Shown here one piece after another: positions 31,379 through 41,047 of a stretch of DNA of 64,000 bases. The DNA is taken from positions 155,648 through 219,647 of the forward strand of contig CBDBHR010000024.1 of the NCBI GenBank assembly GCA_965205865.1, in the 5' to 3' direction. This DNA comes from a bacterium. GTDB taxonomy: Bacteria > SAR324 > NAC60-12. The notes beneath the pieces are model-generated. The model made no database searches and was not told where the DNA came from. It worked only from the letters and a program-made list of their open reading frames with translations. The translations under genes and the position numbers were made by a program. Position 1 is the stretch's first letter. Every line of letters begins with the position of its first letter.

Positions 31379-33295
31379 TTGATTCAGTCCAATATCGCAT
31401 GCGCGAAAAAATATGACGTGATGGTGGTCGGGGGCGGGCATGCCGGCTGTGAAGCTGCGTTGGCTGCGGCCCGAATGGGTGCGGAAACCCTCCTGTTAAC
31501 CATGTCCGAAGAAACCATTGCGCAAATGTCCTGCAATCCCGCCATTGGAGGATTGGCCAAAGGTCATTTAGTCAAAGAAATCGATGCCCTTGGTGGAGAA
31601 ATGGGAAAAGCTGCTGATGCCAGCGGCATCCAGTTTCGTGTGCTCAACCGCTCCAAAGGACCGGCCACACGTGGAACGCGTTGCCAGTCAGAAATGGGGT
31701 TATATAAAAAATACATGCGTAGCCAACTAAAAAAACAGTCCCGTCTGACTATACAAACCGGAACGGTGAAGGAATTGCTGTTCCAGGAACGCCAAGTCAT
31801 GGGGGTTGTTTCCGGAGAAGGGGTTGAATATTATTCCCAAACCTTGATCCTGACCACAGGGACATTCCTCAACGGACTGATTCACCGTGGTGAAGAAAGA
31901 ATCGCAGCAGGACGCATAGGAGAAGCCCCTTCCACCGGAATCACTCCGTCGTTGGCAGGAAAAAAACTTCGCATGGGGCGACTGAAAACCGGGACGCCGG
32001 CTCGTTTGGACCGTAGGACTATCGAATGGCAGCAAACAGAAATCCAATGGGGCGACCATCCCATGAGCAAGTTTTCCTTCTGGGACTCCGAGATTCTTTT
32101 GCCTCAGTTACCGTGTCATATTACGTATACCAATGAAAAAACACATCAAGTCATCCGGAACAATCTCGAACGCTCTGCAATGTATAGTGGCGCCATTCAA
32201 GGCGTAGGTCCCCGATACTGCCCTTCTATCGAAGACAAAGTCGTCAAATTTGCTGATAAACTCCGTCATCAGATCTTTCTGGAGCCAATGGGCCTTCGCG
32301 ATTTGAAAATCTATCCCAATGGTCTCTCAACGAGCATGCCTGCCGAAGTGCAGGAGGCATTTTTAAAAACCATCCCAGGACTACAAGAGGTTGAAATCAT
32401 CCAACCCGGTTATGCAATCGAATACGATTTCATCCTTCCCCATCAGCTATACCCAAGCTTGGAACTGAAAGACACCAGCAACCTTTTTCTGGCAGGGCAG
32501 ATAAACGGCACTTCCGGTTATGAAGAAGCAGCAGCTCAAGGGATTATGGCGGGGATCAATGCCGTTTTAAAAGTGAGAAAAGCAGCCCCTTTTGTCCTGA
32601 AACGCAACGATGCCTACATTGGGGTTTTGATTGATGATTTGATTTCCAAAGGAACCAATGAACCTTATCGGATGTTCACTTCGCGTTCAGAGTATCGACT
32701 TTTACTACGCGAAGACAATGCCGATCAACGCCTCAGTGAGAAGGGTTTTCGCCTTGGATTGCTTGCCAAAGAGTGTTTTCTTCAAGTGGAAGCAAAAAAG
32801 AAAAAAATCTTTCAGCTTTCGGCAACTCTGCAAGCTTGCCGCATTACACCCACAGAAGTAGTCAATGGAGAACTGGAGGCTTGCAATGAGGCTAAGTTGA
32901 AAAAAGAAACAAATGCCCTCACTCTCCTGAAACGTCCACGGTTGACTATCGAGAAGCTCCGGCATTTTCGGTTTTTAGAGGAATCCATCCCTTGGTGCCA
33001 ATATCCCAGTGCGGTCTGGAAACAAGTCGAAATTCAAACCAAATACGAAGGATATATTTTACGGCAGCAACAGGAGTTAAAATCGTTTGATCAATTGGAA
33101 AGCATCCTATTGCCTGAGATCCTGCATTACGAAGGCATTCCTGGCTTGTCTTTGGAGGTCATTCAAAAATTGCAGGATTATCGTCCTATCAATTTAGGCC
33201 AAGCAAGCCGAATCAGTGGAATGACACCTGCTGCTATCAGTGTTTTGCATATTTATTTGAAAAACATGAGAACTCCACTCATCAAAGCTTTTTGA
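31379..33295 (+). CDS. mnmG: tRNA uridine-5-carboxymethylaminomethyl modification enzyme
   Basis: GGGHAGCEAA, SCNPAIGG, GPRYCPSIEDK, AGQINGTSGYEEAAAQG. Confidence 0.98.
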   Translation: MIQSNIACAKKYDVMVVGGGHAGCEAALAAARMGAETLLLTMSEETIAQMSCNPAIGGLAKGHLVKEIDALGGEMGKAADASGIQFRVLNRSKGPATRGTRCQSEMGLYKKYMRSQLKKQSRLTIQTGTVKELLFQERQVMGVVSGEGVEYYSQTLILTTGTFLNGLIHRGEERIAAGRIGEAPSTGITPSLAGKKLRMGRLKTGTPARLDRRTIEWQQTEIQWGDHPMSKFSFWDSEILLPQLPCHITYTNEKTHQVIRNNLERSAMYSGAIQGVGPRYCPSIEDKVVKFADKLRHQIFLEPMGLRDLKIYPNGLSTSMPAEVQEAFLKTIPGLQEVEIIQPGYAIEYDFILPHQLYPSLELKDTSNLFLAGQINGTSGYEEAAAQGIMAGINAVLKVRKAAPFVLKRNDAYIGVLIDDLISKGTNEPYRMFTSRSEYRLLLREDNADQRLSEKGFRLGLLAKECFLQVEAKKKKIFQLSATLQACRITPTEVVNGELEACNEAKLKKETNALTLLKRPRLTIEKLRHFRFLEESIPWCQYPSAVWKQVEIQTKYEGYILRQQQELKSFDQLESILLPEILHYEGIPGLSLEVIQKLQDYRPINLGQASRISGMTPAAISVLHIYLKNMRTPLIKAF

Positions 33296-33366
33296 ACGGA
33301 AATTTCCGTTTTATTCAACTGAAACAGTTAGAAAATGGCACACAAAATCCTTGCCAGCTGAATCGC

Positions 33367-34185
33367 ATGCCTGAATTGCCCGAAGTGGAAACCATTGTAC
33401 GGGGATTGCAAAAGACGGTGGTTTCCCATACCATCACCACCGTCACAGTGTTTCGCAAAGATGCCATCAACCCGGAAAACCCTACGACATTCGCACAGCG
33501 TCTCTCAGGCCTCACCATTAAATCGGTCACCCGCCGTGCCAAGTACTTGATTTTTGAACTGGATCCTCCCTTGTGGTTGATGGCTCACTTGAGGATGACG
33601 GGAAAATTTATCGTCACCCCTCCTCTACCTGTTCCGGCCAAGCATCACCGTCTTTGGTTCCATTTGGATCCGGAACTGCTGCTTGTCTTTGCCGACGTGC
33701 GCTGTTTTGGTACTTTGAAATTGTTCGATTCCTTGGAAAATGCGATGGTATTGCATCAACTTGGTATTGAGCCTCTTTCTTCCGATTTGACAACTACGTA
33801 TTTGAAAAAATGTTTCACTAAAAGTACGAGTCCCATCAAAAACTTGCTACTCAATCAAAATAAAGTAGTAGGAATTGGAAATATATATGCTGCCGAAATT
33901 TTATTCGACTCTGGCATTTCTCCCTGTCGTCCGGGAAGTGCACTGCGGAAGGGGGAATTGAGAAAATTAGTGCGTTCGATTCAAAAAATAATTCAGGCTT
34001 CCATTGAGCAAAGTGGCACTTCCATTTCTGACTTTCGCCGCGTTGATGAGCAAACCGGAGTCTTCCAGAATTTTCTGAAAGTCTATGGAAAAGCAGAACA
34101 GCCTTGTCCTCGATGCTCCACACCTATTCTGCGCATTGTCCAGCAGCAGCGCAGCAGTTTTTATTGTCCTTCTTGTCAGCAATGA
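33367..34185 (+). CDS. mutM: Formamidopyrimidine-DNA glycosylase
   Basis: MPELPEVET, HLRMTG, GIGNIYA, C-terminal Cys4 zinc finger. Confidence 0.97.
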   Translation: MPELPEVETIVRGLQKTVVSHTITTVTVFRKDAINPENPTTFAQRLSGLTIKSVTRRAKYLIFELDPPLWLMAHLRMTGKFIVTPPLPVPAKHHRLWFHLDPELLLVFADVRCFGTLKLFDSLENAMVLHQLGIEPLSSDLTTTYLKKCFTKSTSPIKNLLLNQNKVVGIGNIYAAEILFDSGISPCRPGSALRKGELRKLVRSIQKIIQASIEQSGTSISDFRRVDEQTGVFQNFLKVYGKAEQPCPRCSTPILRIVQQQRSSFYCPSCQQ

Positions 34186-34188
34186 AAC

Positions 34189-35130
34189 ATGAAAGATTAT
34201 TGGCAGTTGCGAGCAATAATTTGCATAGTGATTGGAGTCTTCTTTGCTCCGGCGGAGTGCTTCAACCTGCAAGGGGCTTCTTATTATTCCATCCTGGTAG
34301 GAGCACAGGGAACCGGCTCTTATCAATTTGCCAGGGAGTTTTCGCGATTGTGGGATGTTCCTGAATTTGAAATGCCTGGCTCCCTTGTTCCGATTGTGGA
34401 AAAAAAACCGGAAAATCGCGTGCGTCGTCTGCGATCACGTCAGGGAGATTTTGCCATCCTTCCCCCACAAGAGGCCCATCGTTTGCTTGCTGGCAATTCT
34501 GAGATTGTGGTGATTACGGCGCTATGGCCCAACGCGCTTCACGTGATTACGCATCAGACAAAAATAACGGCGTTGCGGGTTGAAACTCCAGACTCGATTT
34601 ATGCGCACCACAACTCCGCGTACTTTGTTGTCTCTAGGAACAAACTGCTCTCTCTGCGCAAATACAACCCCTCTCAATTCCAGTGGTTTGCAAAGGAAAA
34701 CATCCTTGAGACTCTTTCCATCCCGGATAATGGAGCACTTTTTGTGACGGCCCCTTACCCGCTGCAAGAAATCCACCAGTTACTGCTTAATCCTGCTTAT
34801 AAACTGATTCCTCCGGAGGATAGGCTGATAACCGTTAACCGTGAGAATTACCCTTGGCTGGTTAGTCGCCCGCTGCCAGCGAATATTTATCCTAACTCTC
34901 CCCAGCCTGTGCCGACCCTGACAAGTTACCCGGTCTTGGTTGCAAGGTCTGACACACCGAATACACTCATTTTACAAATCCTGAAAATCCTTTTTCCCTC
35001 CGCCTCGGCAAACCACCAAGTTTCCATCCTTCCCCACGGCCTCTTTCGCTTCCTGGAGCCGCAAATTAATCATCTTTTCAAGAAGAATTATCATTTCCAT
35101 TCGGAATCAAAAAAACGATTCAAGCTCTAG
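34189..35130 (+). CDS. Divergent TAXI-family solute-binding-like protein
   Basis: GAQGTGSY, ENRVRRL..GDFAI, ALWPNALHVI, LPANIYP. No transporter gene is adjacent. Confidence 0.55.
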   Translation: MKDYWQLRAIICIVIGVFFAPAECFNLQGASYYSILVGAQGTGSYQFAREFSRLWDVPEFEMPGSLVPIVEKKPENRVRRLRSRQGDFAILPPQEAHRLLAGNSEIVVITALWPNALHVITHQTKITALRVETPDSIYAHHNSAYFVVSRNKLLSLRKYNPSQFQWFAKENILETLSIPDNGALFVTAPYPLQEIHQLLLNPAYKLIPPEDRLITVNRENYPWLVSRPLPANIYPNSPQPVPTLTSYPVLVARSDTPNTLILQILKILFPSASANHQVSILPHGLFRFLEPQINHLFKKNYHFHSESKKRFKL

Positions 35131-35301
35131 TTCACTAAAACCAATCCCTGGGTCTCACTACCTCCTTACCTGAGGACAGGCAAAGCCTCATTGATCGGAT
35201 TTTCAGTGTTTACATCTCCCAATAAAGTAGTTTGAGTTTTAAAACGGAACAATTTACTCTGAAGTTTCAAGCCCATAAAGTAACCTGTGATTTTCTATTT
35301 T

Positions 35302-35382
35302 TGTCATTCTTGGCTTGACCAGGAAACCAGGGGTATGCCACGATATGTGGTCCCTGGATCCTGGATCGGATCCGTGGTGACA
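35302..35382. repeat. GTCATT...GAC palindromic repeat element
   Basis: TGTCATTCTTGGCTTGACCAGGAAACCAGGG...CCCTGGATCCTGGATCGGATCCGTGGTGACA. Confidence 0.55.
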
Positions 35383-35480
35383 AATCATTGAGATCATCGA
35401 ATATTCAAAAAATAACAGAAAGATTCACACCCAACCATATATGATCTTCATTTTTTGAATTTAAATACTCCAAATCTTTT

Positions 35481-36821
35481 ATGATTGAGACTTACAAACA
35501 ATTCGCTAAGGAATTGATCGCCATCGCTCAAAAAAAGGGTGCGGAACAAGTCACCGTTTCAATTGGAGATACCACTTCATTTCAAGTCGAAGTGCGGAAT
35601 CACCAAATCGATCTTCTCAAAGAGGCAAGTTCGGCCGGGGTGCATTTGACTCTTTGTCGAAACAAATGCCGTTCATCGGTGACGTCCAATGATCTCCGTA
35701 TCGAAACACTGGTTCCTTTGGTCCAATCCACTATGGAAGTCCTGCCTTATATCAATTCTGATGAATTTTACACACTCCCGGATCCTTTCTTGCAGGGGAG
35801 AGCCCCTGGTGATCTAGTCTTTCTGGATCCCTGTTTTGAGCACTATTCTTCTTCCGAAAAAATTCAAAATACATTTCTCCAAGAAGAAAAAACCCTGGCT
35901 ACCGATTCTCGTCTACGTACTGAACAATCTTATTATTCCGACTTGGTCTCACAAGCCGTTTATGCCGATTCCAATGGTTTCATGGACAGTTACAAAAAAT
36001 CGTTGTTTATTCGAGGGATGTCCGCTTTTGTTGAAGATCAAGACATTACCGGACAAAACTCCGCACGTAAACAAACCGATGGCTGGCATGGTTGCTCTTG
36101 TTTTTATGGGCAATTGGAATCAATGGAAACCATTGCTGACAAAACCTGTGAACGTGTCATTCGAAAAATAGGAGCGATTAAACCCGAAAGCCAGGAAGTG
36201 CCTGTTGTTTTTAGTCCGGAAATGGCAAGCAGTTTTTTAGGATCTCTCACCTCTGCTATGATGGGGGACAATATCTTCCGGAAACAATCGTTTCTGGTGG
36301 ATCGCCTTGAAACCTCCATCGCCAATCCCTGCATCCAATTACGGGACGACCCACTGTTACCAGGTAAACCTGGGAGTCGGTATTTTGACAACGAGGGTGT
36401 GAAAGCAGCCCCATTGATGCTCATCGAAAACGGTGTTTTGAAAAACTACATGCTCTCCACCTATTCGGCCAACAAGTTGAACATGCAAACAAACGGGTAT
36501 GCAGGTGGAACTTCAAATATTGTCCTCGAACCTGGTCCTTATTCTGAAGAAGAATTGATTGAAAGCGTTAAAAATGGACTTTATTTGACTTTTATGTCCG
36601 GTCAAGGAGCCAATATCACGACTGGAGATTATTCACGGGGGGGGCAAGGTATTTGGATACGGGATGGAAAGTTGGCAGAACCAGTGAATGAATTCACTAT
36701 TGCCGGCACGTTTCATGATATTTTGAAGCAGATCACCATGATTGCCAACGAAGTCGATGAACGGAGCTCGATCCTCACTCCTGCATTCAAAGTGGAAAAA
36801 ATAGCAATCTCCGGCAAATGA
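35481..36821 (+). CDS. pmbA: TldD/PmbA family protein, PmbA/TldE-like
   Basis: PVVFSPE, FDNEGV, LIENGVL, GANITTGDYS. Confidence 0.88.
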   Translation: MIETYKQFAKELIAIAQKKGAEQVTVSIGDTTSFQVEVRNHQIDLLKEASSAGVHLTLCRNKCRSSVTSNDLRIETLVPLVQSTMEVLPYINSDEFYTLPDPFLQGRAPGDLVFLDPCFEHYSSSEKIQNTFLQEEKTLATDSRLRTEQSYYSDLVSQAVYADSNGFMDSYKKSLFIRGMSAFVEDQDITGQNSARKQTDGWHGCSCFYGQLESMETIADKTCERVIRKIGAIKPESQEVPVVFSPEMASSFLGSLTSAMMGDNIFRKQSFLVDRLETSIANPCIQLRDDPLLPGKPGSRYFDNEGVKAAPLMLIENGVLKNYMLSTYSANKLNMQTNGYAGGTSNIVLEPGPYSEEELIESVKNGLYLTFMSGQGANITTGDYSRGGQGIWIRDGKLAEPVNEFTIAGTFHDILKQITMIANEVDERSSILTPAFKVEKIAISGK

Positions 36822-36849
36822 AAAGATTGCTGAATTTTCAACAATTCTG

Positions 36850-37899
36850 ATGCCACAGCCACTAAAAATTTTGGTCATTCGCTTCAGTTCTTTGGGTGAT
36901 ATCGTTTTGTGCACTCCGGTATTTCGTGAACTGAAAAAAATCTTTCCTGAAAGCCATGTTACTTTTTTAACGTCAAAGGAACAGGGTCGAGTCCTTGATA
37001 ACAATCCTTATATTGACCAGGTCATTTACCATCTCCGTCAAGATTCCCTGCAGGAATTGAATCAATTGTCTGAACGGCTCTATCAGCAATCCTTTGACAT
37101 CATATATGATATTCACCGCTCGCTGAGGAGTCGTTGGATCTGTTGGAAGTTGAAACCTTTTTTCCAAAAGCGTTCCCCACTCCTTTGGAAAATCAATAAG
37201 TATGGCTGGCAACGGACGCTCCTCATACATTGGAAGCTCAATCTGTTGAGAAATGGACGTTCTCAAAGGGAAATCTTTCTCCGTCCCCTGCAATCTCAAA
37301 CATCCCAACCTCTTGCTTATCGAACGGAACTTTTTCCTTCCTCTCAAGACAAAACCACCATCAAAATTTTCTTAAAAGAACATCACCTTGACTCGGGTCG
37401 ATTGATCTGTATCGGGCCTGCCGCGTCTTTTCCCGGAAAATGTTGGCCTTTGTCCCATTATCAAGCTTTGGTGAGCAGACTGCTGGTGGAACAATGGCAA
37501 GTCGTATTAGTCGGGGGAGAAAAAGAAGAAGAATCGAAAAGGCTCGAGCAGCATTTTGGAGGAGCTGTATACAATTTGGCAGGAAAACTGACTCCTCTGG
37601 AATCTGCTTCCCTTCTAGAACAGGCTCGTTTAGTTGTTTGCAACGATACTTCCATTGCCCATATTGCTGAAGCAATGAACACCCCCACTATCGCGATTTT
37701 TGGACCGACGGTGCAGGAATTTGGTTATTTCCCTTACTTGGAACAAAGCATGCCAATTGAGGTGGACTTGCCCTGTCGTCCTTGCAGTCGAACCGGCAAA
37801 GGAGAGTGCAAAATTAAGCAAAAACGTCTTTGCTTGACTTCCATTTCTCCCCAATTGGTCTTCAACCGAGTCGTTCAAATCGCCCAAACTGTTATGTAG
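36850..37899 (+). CDS. Glycosyltransferase family 9 (LPS heptosyltransferase-like)
   Basis: IRFSSLGDIVL, KCWP, CNDT..HIAEA, AIFGPT. Confidence 0.9.
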   Translation: MPQPLKILVIRFSSLGDIVLCTPVFRELKKIFPESHVTFLTSKEQGRVLDNNPYIDQVIYHLRQDSLQELNQLSERLYQQSFDIIYDIHRSLRSRWICWKLKPFFQKRSPLLWKINKYGWQRTLLIHWKLNLLRNGRSQREIFLRPLQSQTSQPLAYRTELFPSSQDKTTIKIFLKEHHLDSGRLICIGPAASFPGKCWPLSHYQALVSRLLVEQWQVVLVGGEKEEESKRLEQHFGGAVYNLAGKLTPLESASLLEQARLVVCNDTSIAHIAEAMNTPTIAIFGPTVQEFGYFPYLEQSMPIEVDLPCRPCSRTGKGECKIKQKRLCLTSISPQLVFNRVVQIAQTVM

Positions 37900-38275
37900 C
37901 ATGTGACCACTTGCCAGATCAGCTTGCAGCACAGGGTTATCTTGTCTTGAAAATGATCTTTGCTCCTAATATACTGTCCTTGATTATTGAAAAAAAACGT
38001 CTGCATGCGCGTTCCATGACTACCGGACATCGCATTGACAATAACCGAAGAATTCTCTAACTGAACCGCTCATCTGCCGCATGGAAACCGCATCAGACAA
38101 TGTGAACCGTATCGTCTATCGGAATTTATAGTTTGCCTTTATCTTCCTTCAAATTGTATCCGGTTTTAGTGCTTGATGAAACTTGGTAATCAATGTCCAA
38201 GAATGGTCAACGGTACTCGCAGGTGGGTTCGGGTTGATCCCGAATTATTGCAGGGTGAGCCTCAAAAGGAACAAA

Positions 38276-38791
38276 ATGGAGCGGACTCTACTCTTGAATG
38301 CTAGCTTCCAACCATTGAAGGTGATCTCTTGGCGTAAAGCCGTACTCCTCCTTTTTTTAGATAAAGTTGAGATTCTTGAAAAATATGACCGGGAAATCCG
38401 TAGTGTCTCCCAATCGATTCCCCTGCCTGCTGTTATACGTCTCATGAAATATGTGCGCTGGGAAAAAGGTCCCGTCAAACTATCCCGTGAGACGATCTTC
38501 CAACGAGACCACTATACCTGCCAATATTGTTCACACCGCCTTTCTTCGCACAAACTAACGTGTGATCATGTGATACCACGCAGTAAAGGCGGAAGAACCT
38601 CTTGGGATAATCTGGTCACTGCCTGCCTCGCTTGCAATGCAAAAAAAGGCAATAAACTTCCTGAAAAGATGGGAGCCTCTTTGAGAAAAAAACCGATGGA
38701 GCCCGATTGGTTTCAGTTTCTCGCTCTCTCTTTGCAGACGGCGCATGATCACCCTGCTTGGAAAATCTACATGTCCTCTATTCCCAATTAA
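38276..38791 (+). CDS. HNH endonuclease
   Basis: LLLNASFQPL, RDHYTCQYC, DHVIPRSKGG..WDNLVTACLACN. Confidence 0.93.
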   Translation: MERTLLLNASFQPLKVISWRKAVLLLFLDKVEILEKYDREIRSVSQSIPLPAVIRLMKYVRWEKGPVKLSRETIFQRDHYTCQYCSHRLSSHKLTCDHVIPRSKGGRTSWDNLVTACLACNAKKGNKLPEKMGASLRKKPMEPDWFQFLALSLQTAHDHPAWKIYMSSIPN

Positions 38792-38908
38792 TCTTGGAAA
38801 TCCATTCGTATTCCGACAGTTTTTTTTCAGAGAGTGGTCGCAGTTTCCTCTACCATCTGCTCAGTGCATAGTACAGGCGTTGGCAATCTATCTCACACGG
38901 GAATGTGA

Positions 38909-39166
38909 TTACCAATTGCTGGTTGAAGACGAGATTCCAGAATTGAAATTCAAATTGCCTATCTCATCCCAACTTCCTCTATCATCGTCTGCCAAAGGAT
39001 CAATCGAATTGATAGAATTGTGGACAGTTTCGATCTTTTTGATCTTACCGCCCCTTTTTAAAAACTGCCGCATCGCTTCGTTGATCTCTTCATGACTGAT
39101 TTTTTTGAAATTTTCTCCTGAATTCATATGACCCTGTTTTCCTTTTTTACGTTCATTGCATACCAT
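38909..39166 (-). CDS. Small protein with a SutA-like RNA-polymerase-binding motif
   Basis: Strong AAGGAGG RBS, the motif EINEAMRQFLKRGGKIKKIE, and an acidic tail. Confidence 0.6.
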   Translation of the reverse strand: MVCNERKKGKQGHMNSGENFKKISHEEINEAMRQFLKRGGKIKKIETVHNSINSIDPLADDDRGSWDEIGNLNFNSGISSSTSNW

Positions 39167-39294
39167 GTTGCCCTCCTTGACTCTCCTTCATACTACTCAA
39201 TGAAACTTCTTTTGCTTCCTTCCGTTGCATGCAAAAATCATGTCTGATTCCCCTGTTTCTTAAAAACAAAGAATTTATTTTAAAACTACTATTA

Positions 39295-39321
39295 CTAGCA
39301 CTCTATGTTTGTGAGTGCTAA
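39295..39321. promoter_or_regulatory. CIRCE element (HrcA operator)
   Basis: CTAGCACTC-TATGTTTGT-GAGTGCTAA: 17/18 match to TTAGCACTC-N9-GAGTGCTAA. Confidence 0.88.
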
Positions 39322-39399
39322 CACTTTTTTGAGGCAAACCTTAACAATTTTTTTTTAAGATATCAACAAAAAAATGCATAAAAAAGAAATTATTGCAAA

Positions 39400-40467
39400 T
39401 CAGGGCAAAACAGCAGCACTTTTGATGAGGGCATAGATTGATTTTCCAGTTTCCAATTGGAGTAAATCGCAGGATTTTCGAGTAACGCGAGCCCACAAGG
39501 GGCTACCTACGTCGAGTAAGAGGTCGATATGGGAAGGGCTTATCCGGATCATAGAGGCAATAGTTCCTTGCAGCATATTGAGGACGCTGCTGTCATGAGG
39601 CAAAGTAGTAGCGATGGTGACATCTCGAGGCAGGATACGGACTCGGATAGATTGCTGGAGGGATAGGTGCTGACGGGCAACAGAAATTTGTCCGCCAGGA
39701 TGGGAGAGCAGGGTCAAGTCGTAGCTCAAATCATGAGCAATGATTTGGGTATCCAGCACCGATCCGATTTCTTCCAACCCATAAAATTTTTGTATTTCAT
39801 GTTGAGCTAACACTTCGACGATGGGACCGTACGCCAAACAAGAACCTTCCGCAATGAAGGCAATGGAGTGGGCGAGGTGAATGATTTCATCAATCAGATG
39901 ACTCACGTAAATAATAGGGATTTTTAATTCGCTGCAGATTCGTTTAAGGTAAGGAAGGATTTGGATTTTACGCGGGGCATCCAGCGAGGCCAGCGGTTCA
40001 TCCATCAACAACAGTTCTGGTTGACGAAGCAAGGCTCTTCCAATAGCCACCCGTTGTTTTTCACCCATGGACAACCATTTGGGATAACGGGTCAACAGTG
40101 TTTCCAATTCCAAAAGAGAAACAATGTTGTCAAAGTGCAGCAACTGCGGTTTCCCCGAAATCTGGCGATAACCATAAACCAGATTTTTTCTCACATTGAG
40201 ATGAGGAAAGAGGCGGGATTCCTGAAAAACGTAGCCCATGCCTCGTTGTGCCGGAGGGAGGTTGATATTTTCCGAAGAGTGAAACAAGACCCGCTGATTG
40301 AGGGCGATTCTTCCATGATCCGGGCTCATCAACCCGGCGATCAGATTGAGTAGCGTGGTTTTTCCAGCACCGGATTTGCCGAAAAAGGCGGTCACGCCAG
40401 GAGGGAAAGTCTGGTTGAAATCGAGTTGAAAACGAGCTATTTTTTTTTGGATATCAATTTCCAGCAA
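39400..40467 (-). CDS. modC: Molybdate ABC transporter ATP-binding protein
   Basis: GKSGAGKT, VFQESRLFPHL, LLMDEP, C-terminal TOBE/Mop domain SSVLN. Confidence 0.9.
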   Translation of the reverse strand: MLEIDIQKKIARFQLDFNQTFPPGVTAFFGKSGAGKTTLLNLIAGLMSPDHGRIALNQRVLFHSSENINLPPAQRGMGYVFQESRLFPHLNVRKNLVYGYRQISGKPQLLHFDNIVSLLELETLLTRYPKWLSMGEKQRVAIGRALLRQPELLLMDEPLASLDAPRKIQILPYLKRICSELKIPIIYVSHLIDEIIHLAHSIAFIAEGSCLAYGPIVEVLAQHEIQKFYGLEEIGSVLDTQIIAHDLSYDLTLLSHPGGQISVARQHLSLQQSIRVRILPRDVTIATTLPHDSSVLNMLQGTIASMIRISPSHIDLLLDVGSPLWARVTRKSCDLLQLETGKSIYALIKSAAVLP

Positions 40468-40476
40468 AATGCCTCT

Positions 40477-40953
40477 TCAAATAAATTCAACATCCAGCAC
40501 CTCAACATCAATGGTCCCTTTTGGGATACGGATGGTGATTTCATCTCCAGCTTTTTTTCCAATCAGCGCCCGAGCAACGGGGGAGGAATATGATATTTTT
40601 TTTTCATTGAGATCGGCTTCTTCGTCTCCAACAATTTGGTAACGCATCTCTTCCTCGGTTCCCAGATCGAGCAGAGTCACCATAGCTCCGAAAATCACAG
40701 TATCTCCTGATAACATGGCTGGATCAATCACTTGGCAATTGGACAATTTGCCAGTGATTTCTTGAAGCCTTCCTTCAATGAATCCTTGTTGTTCCTTGGC
40801 GGCGTGGTATTCTGCGTTTTCTCGGAGATCTCCATGCGCGCGTGCCTCTTCAATAGCCTGAACCACTGCAGGGCGTTCCACGGATTTCAAGTGTTTCAAC
40901 CTATTTTTCAGTTTTTCATACCCTGTTTTCGTGATGGGATTAATATCACTCAT
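40477..40953 (-). CDS. greA: Transcription elongation factor GreA
   Basis: [27 protein letters not shown]. Confidence 0.97.
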   Translation of the reverse strand: MSDINPITKTGYEKLKNRLKHLKSVERPAVVQAIEEARAHGDLRENAEYHAAKEQQGFIEGRLQEITGKLSNCQVIDPAMLSGDTVIFGAMVTLLDLGTEEEMRYQIVGDEEADLNEKKISYSSPVARALIGKKAGDEITIRIPKGTIDVEVLDVEFI

Positions 40954-41047
40954 AATCTCCTTTGATCTGCAAAAAAACTTTTATTTTCTGGCAATGTGCC
41001 GCGACAATCACCCGGATCAACTGGCAGAATGAAAACTGGTCAAGGGG

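Noticed and set aside
38276-38791. HNH gene as IscB/Cas9-like or RNA-guided nuclease
   Set aside because: It is a short stand-alone HNH with no RuvC or PLMP motifs and no evident associated RNA or array.
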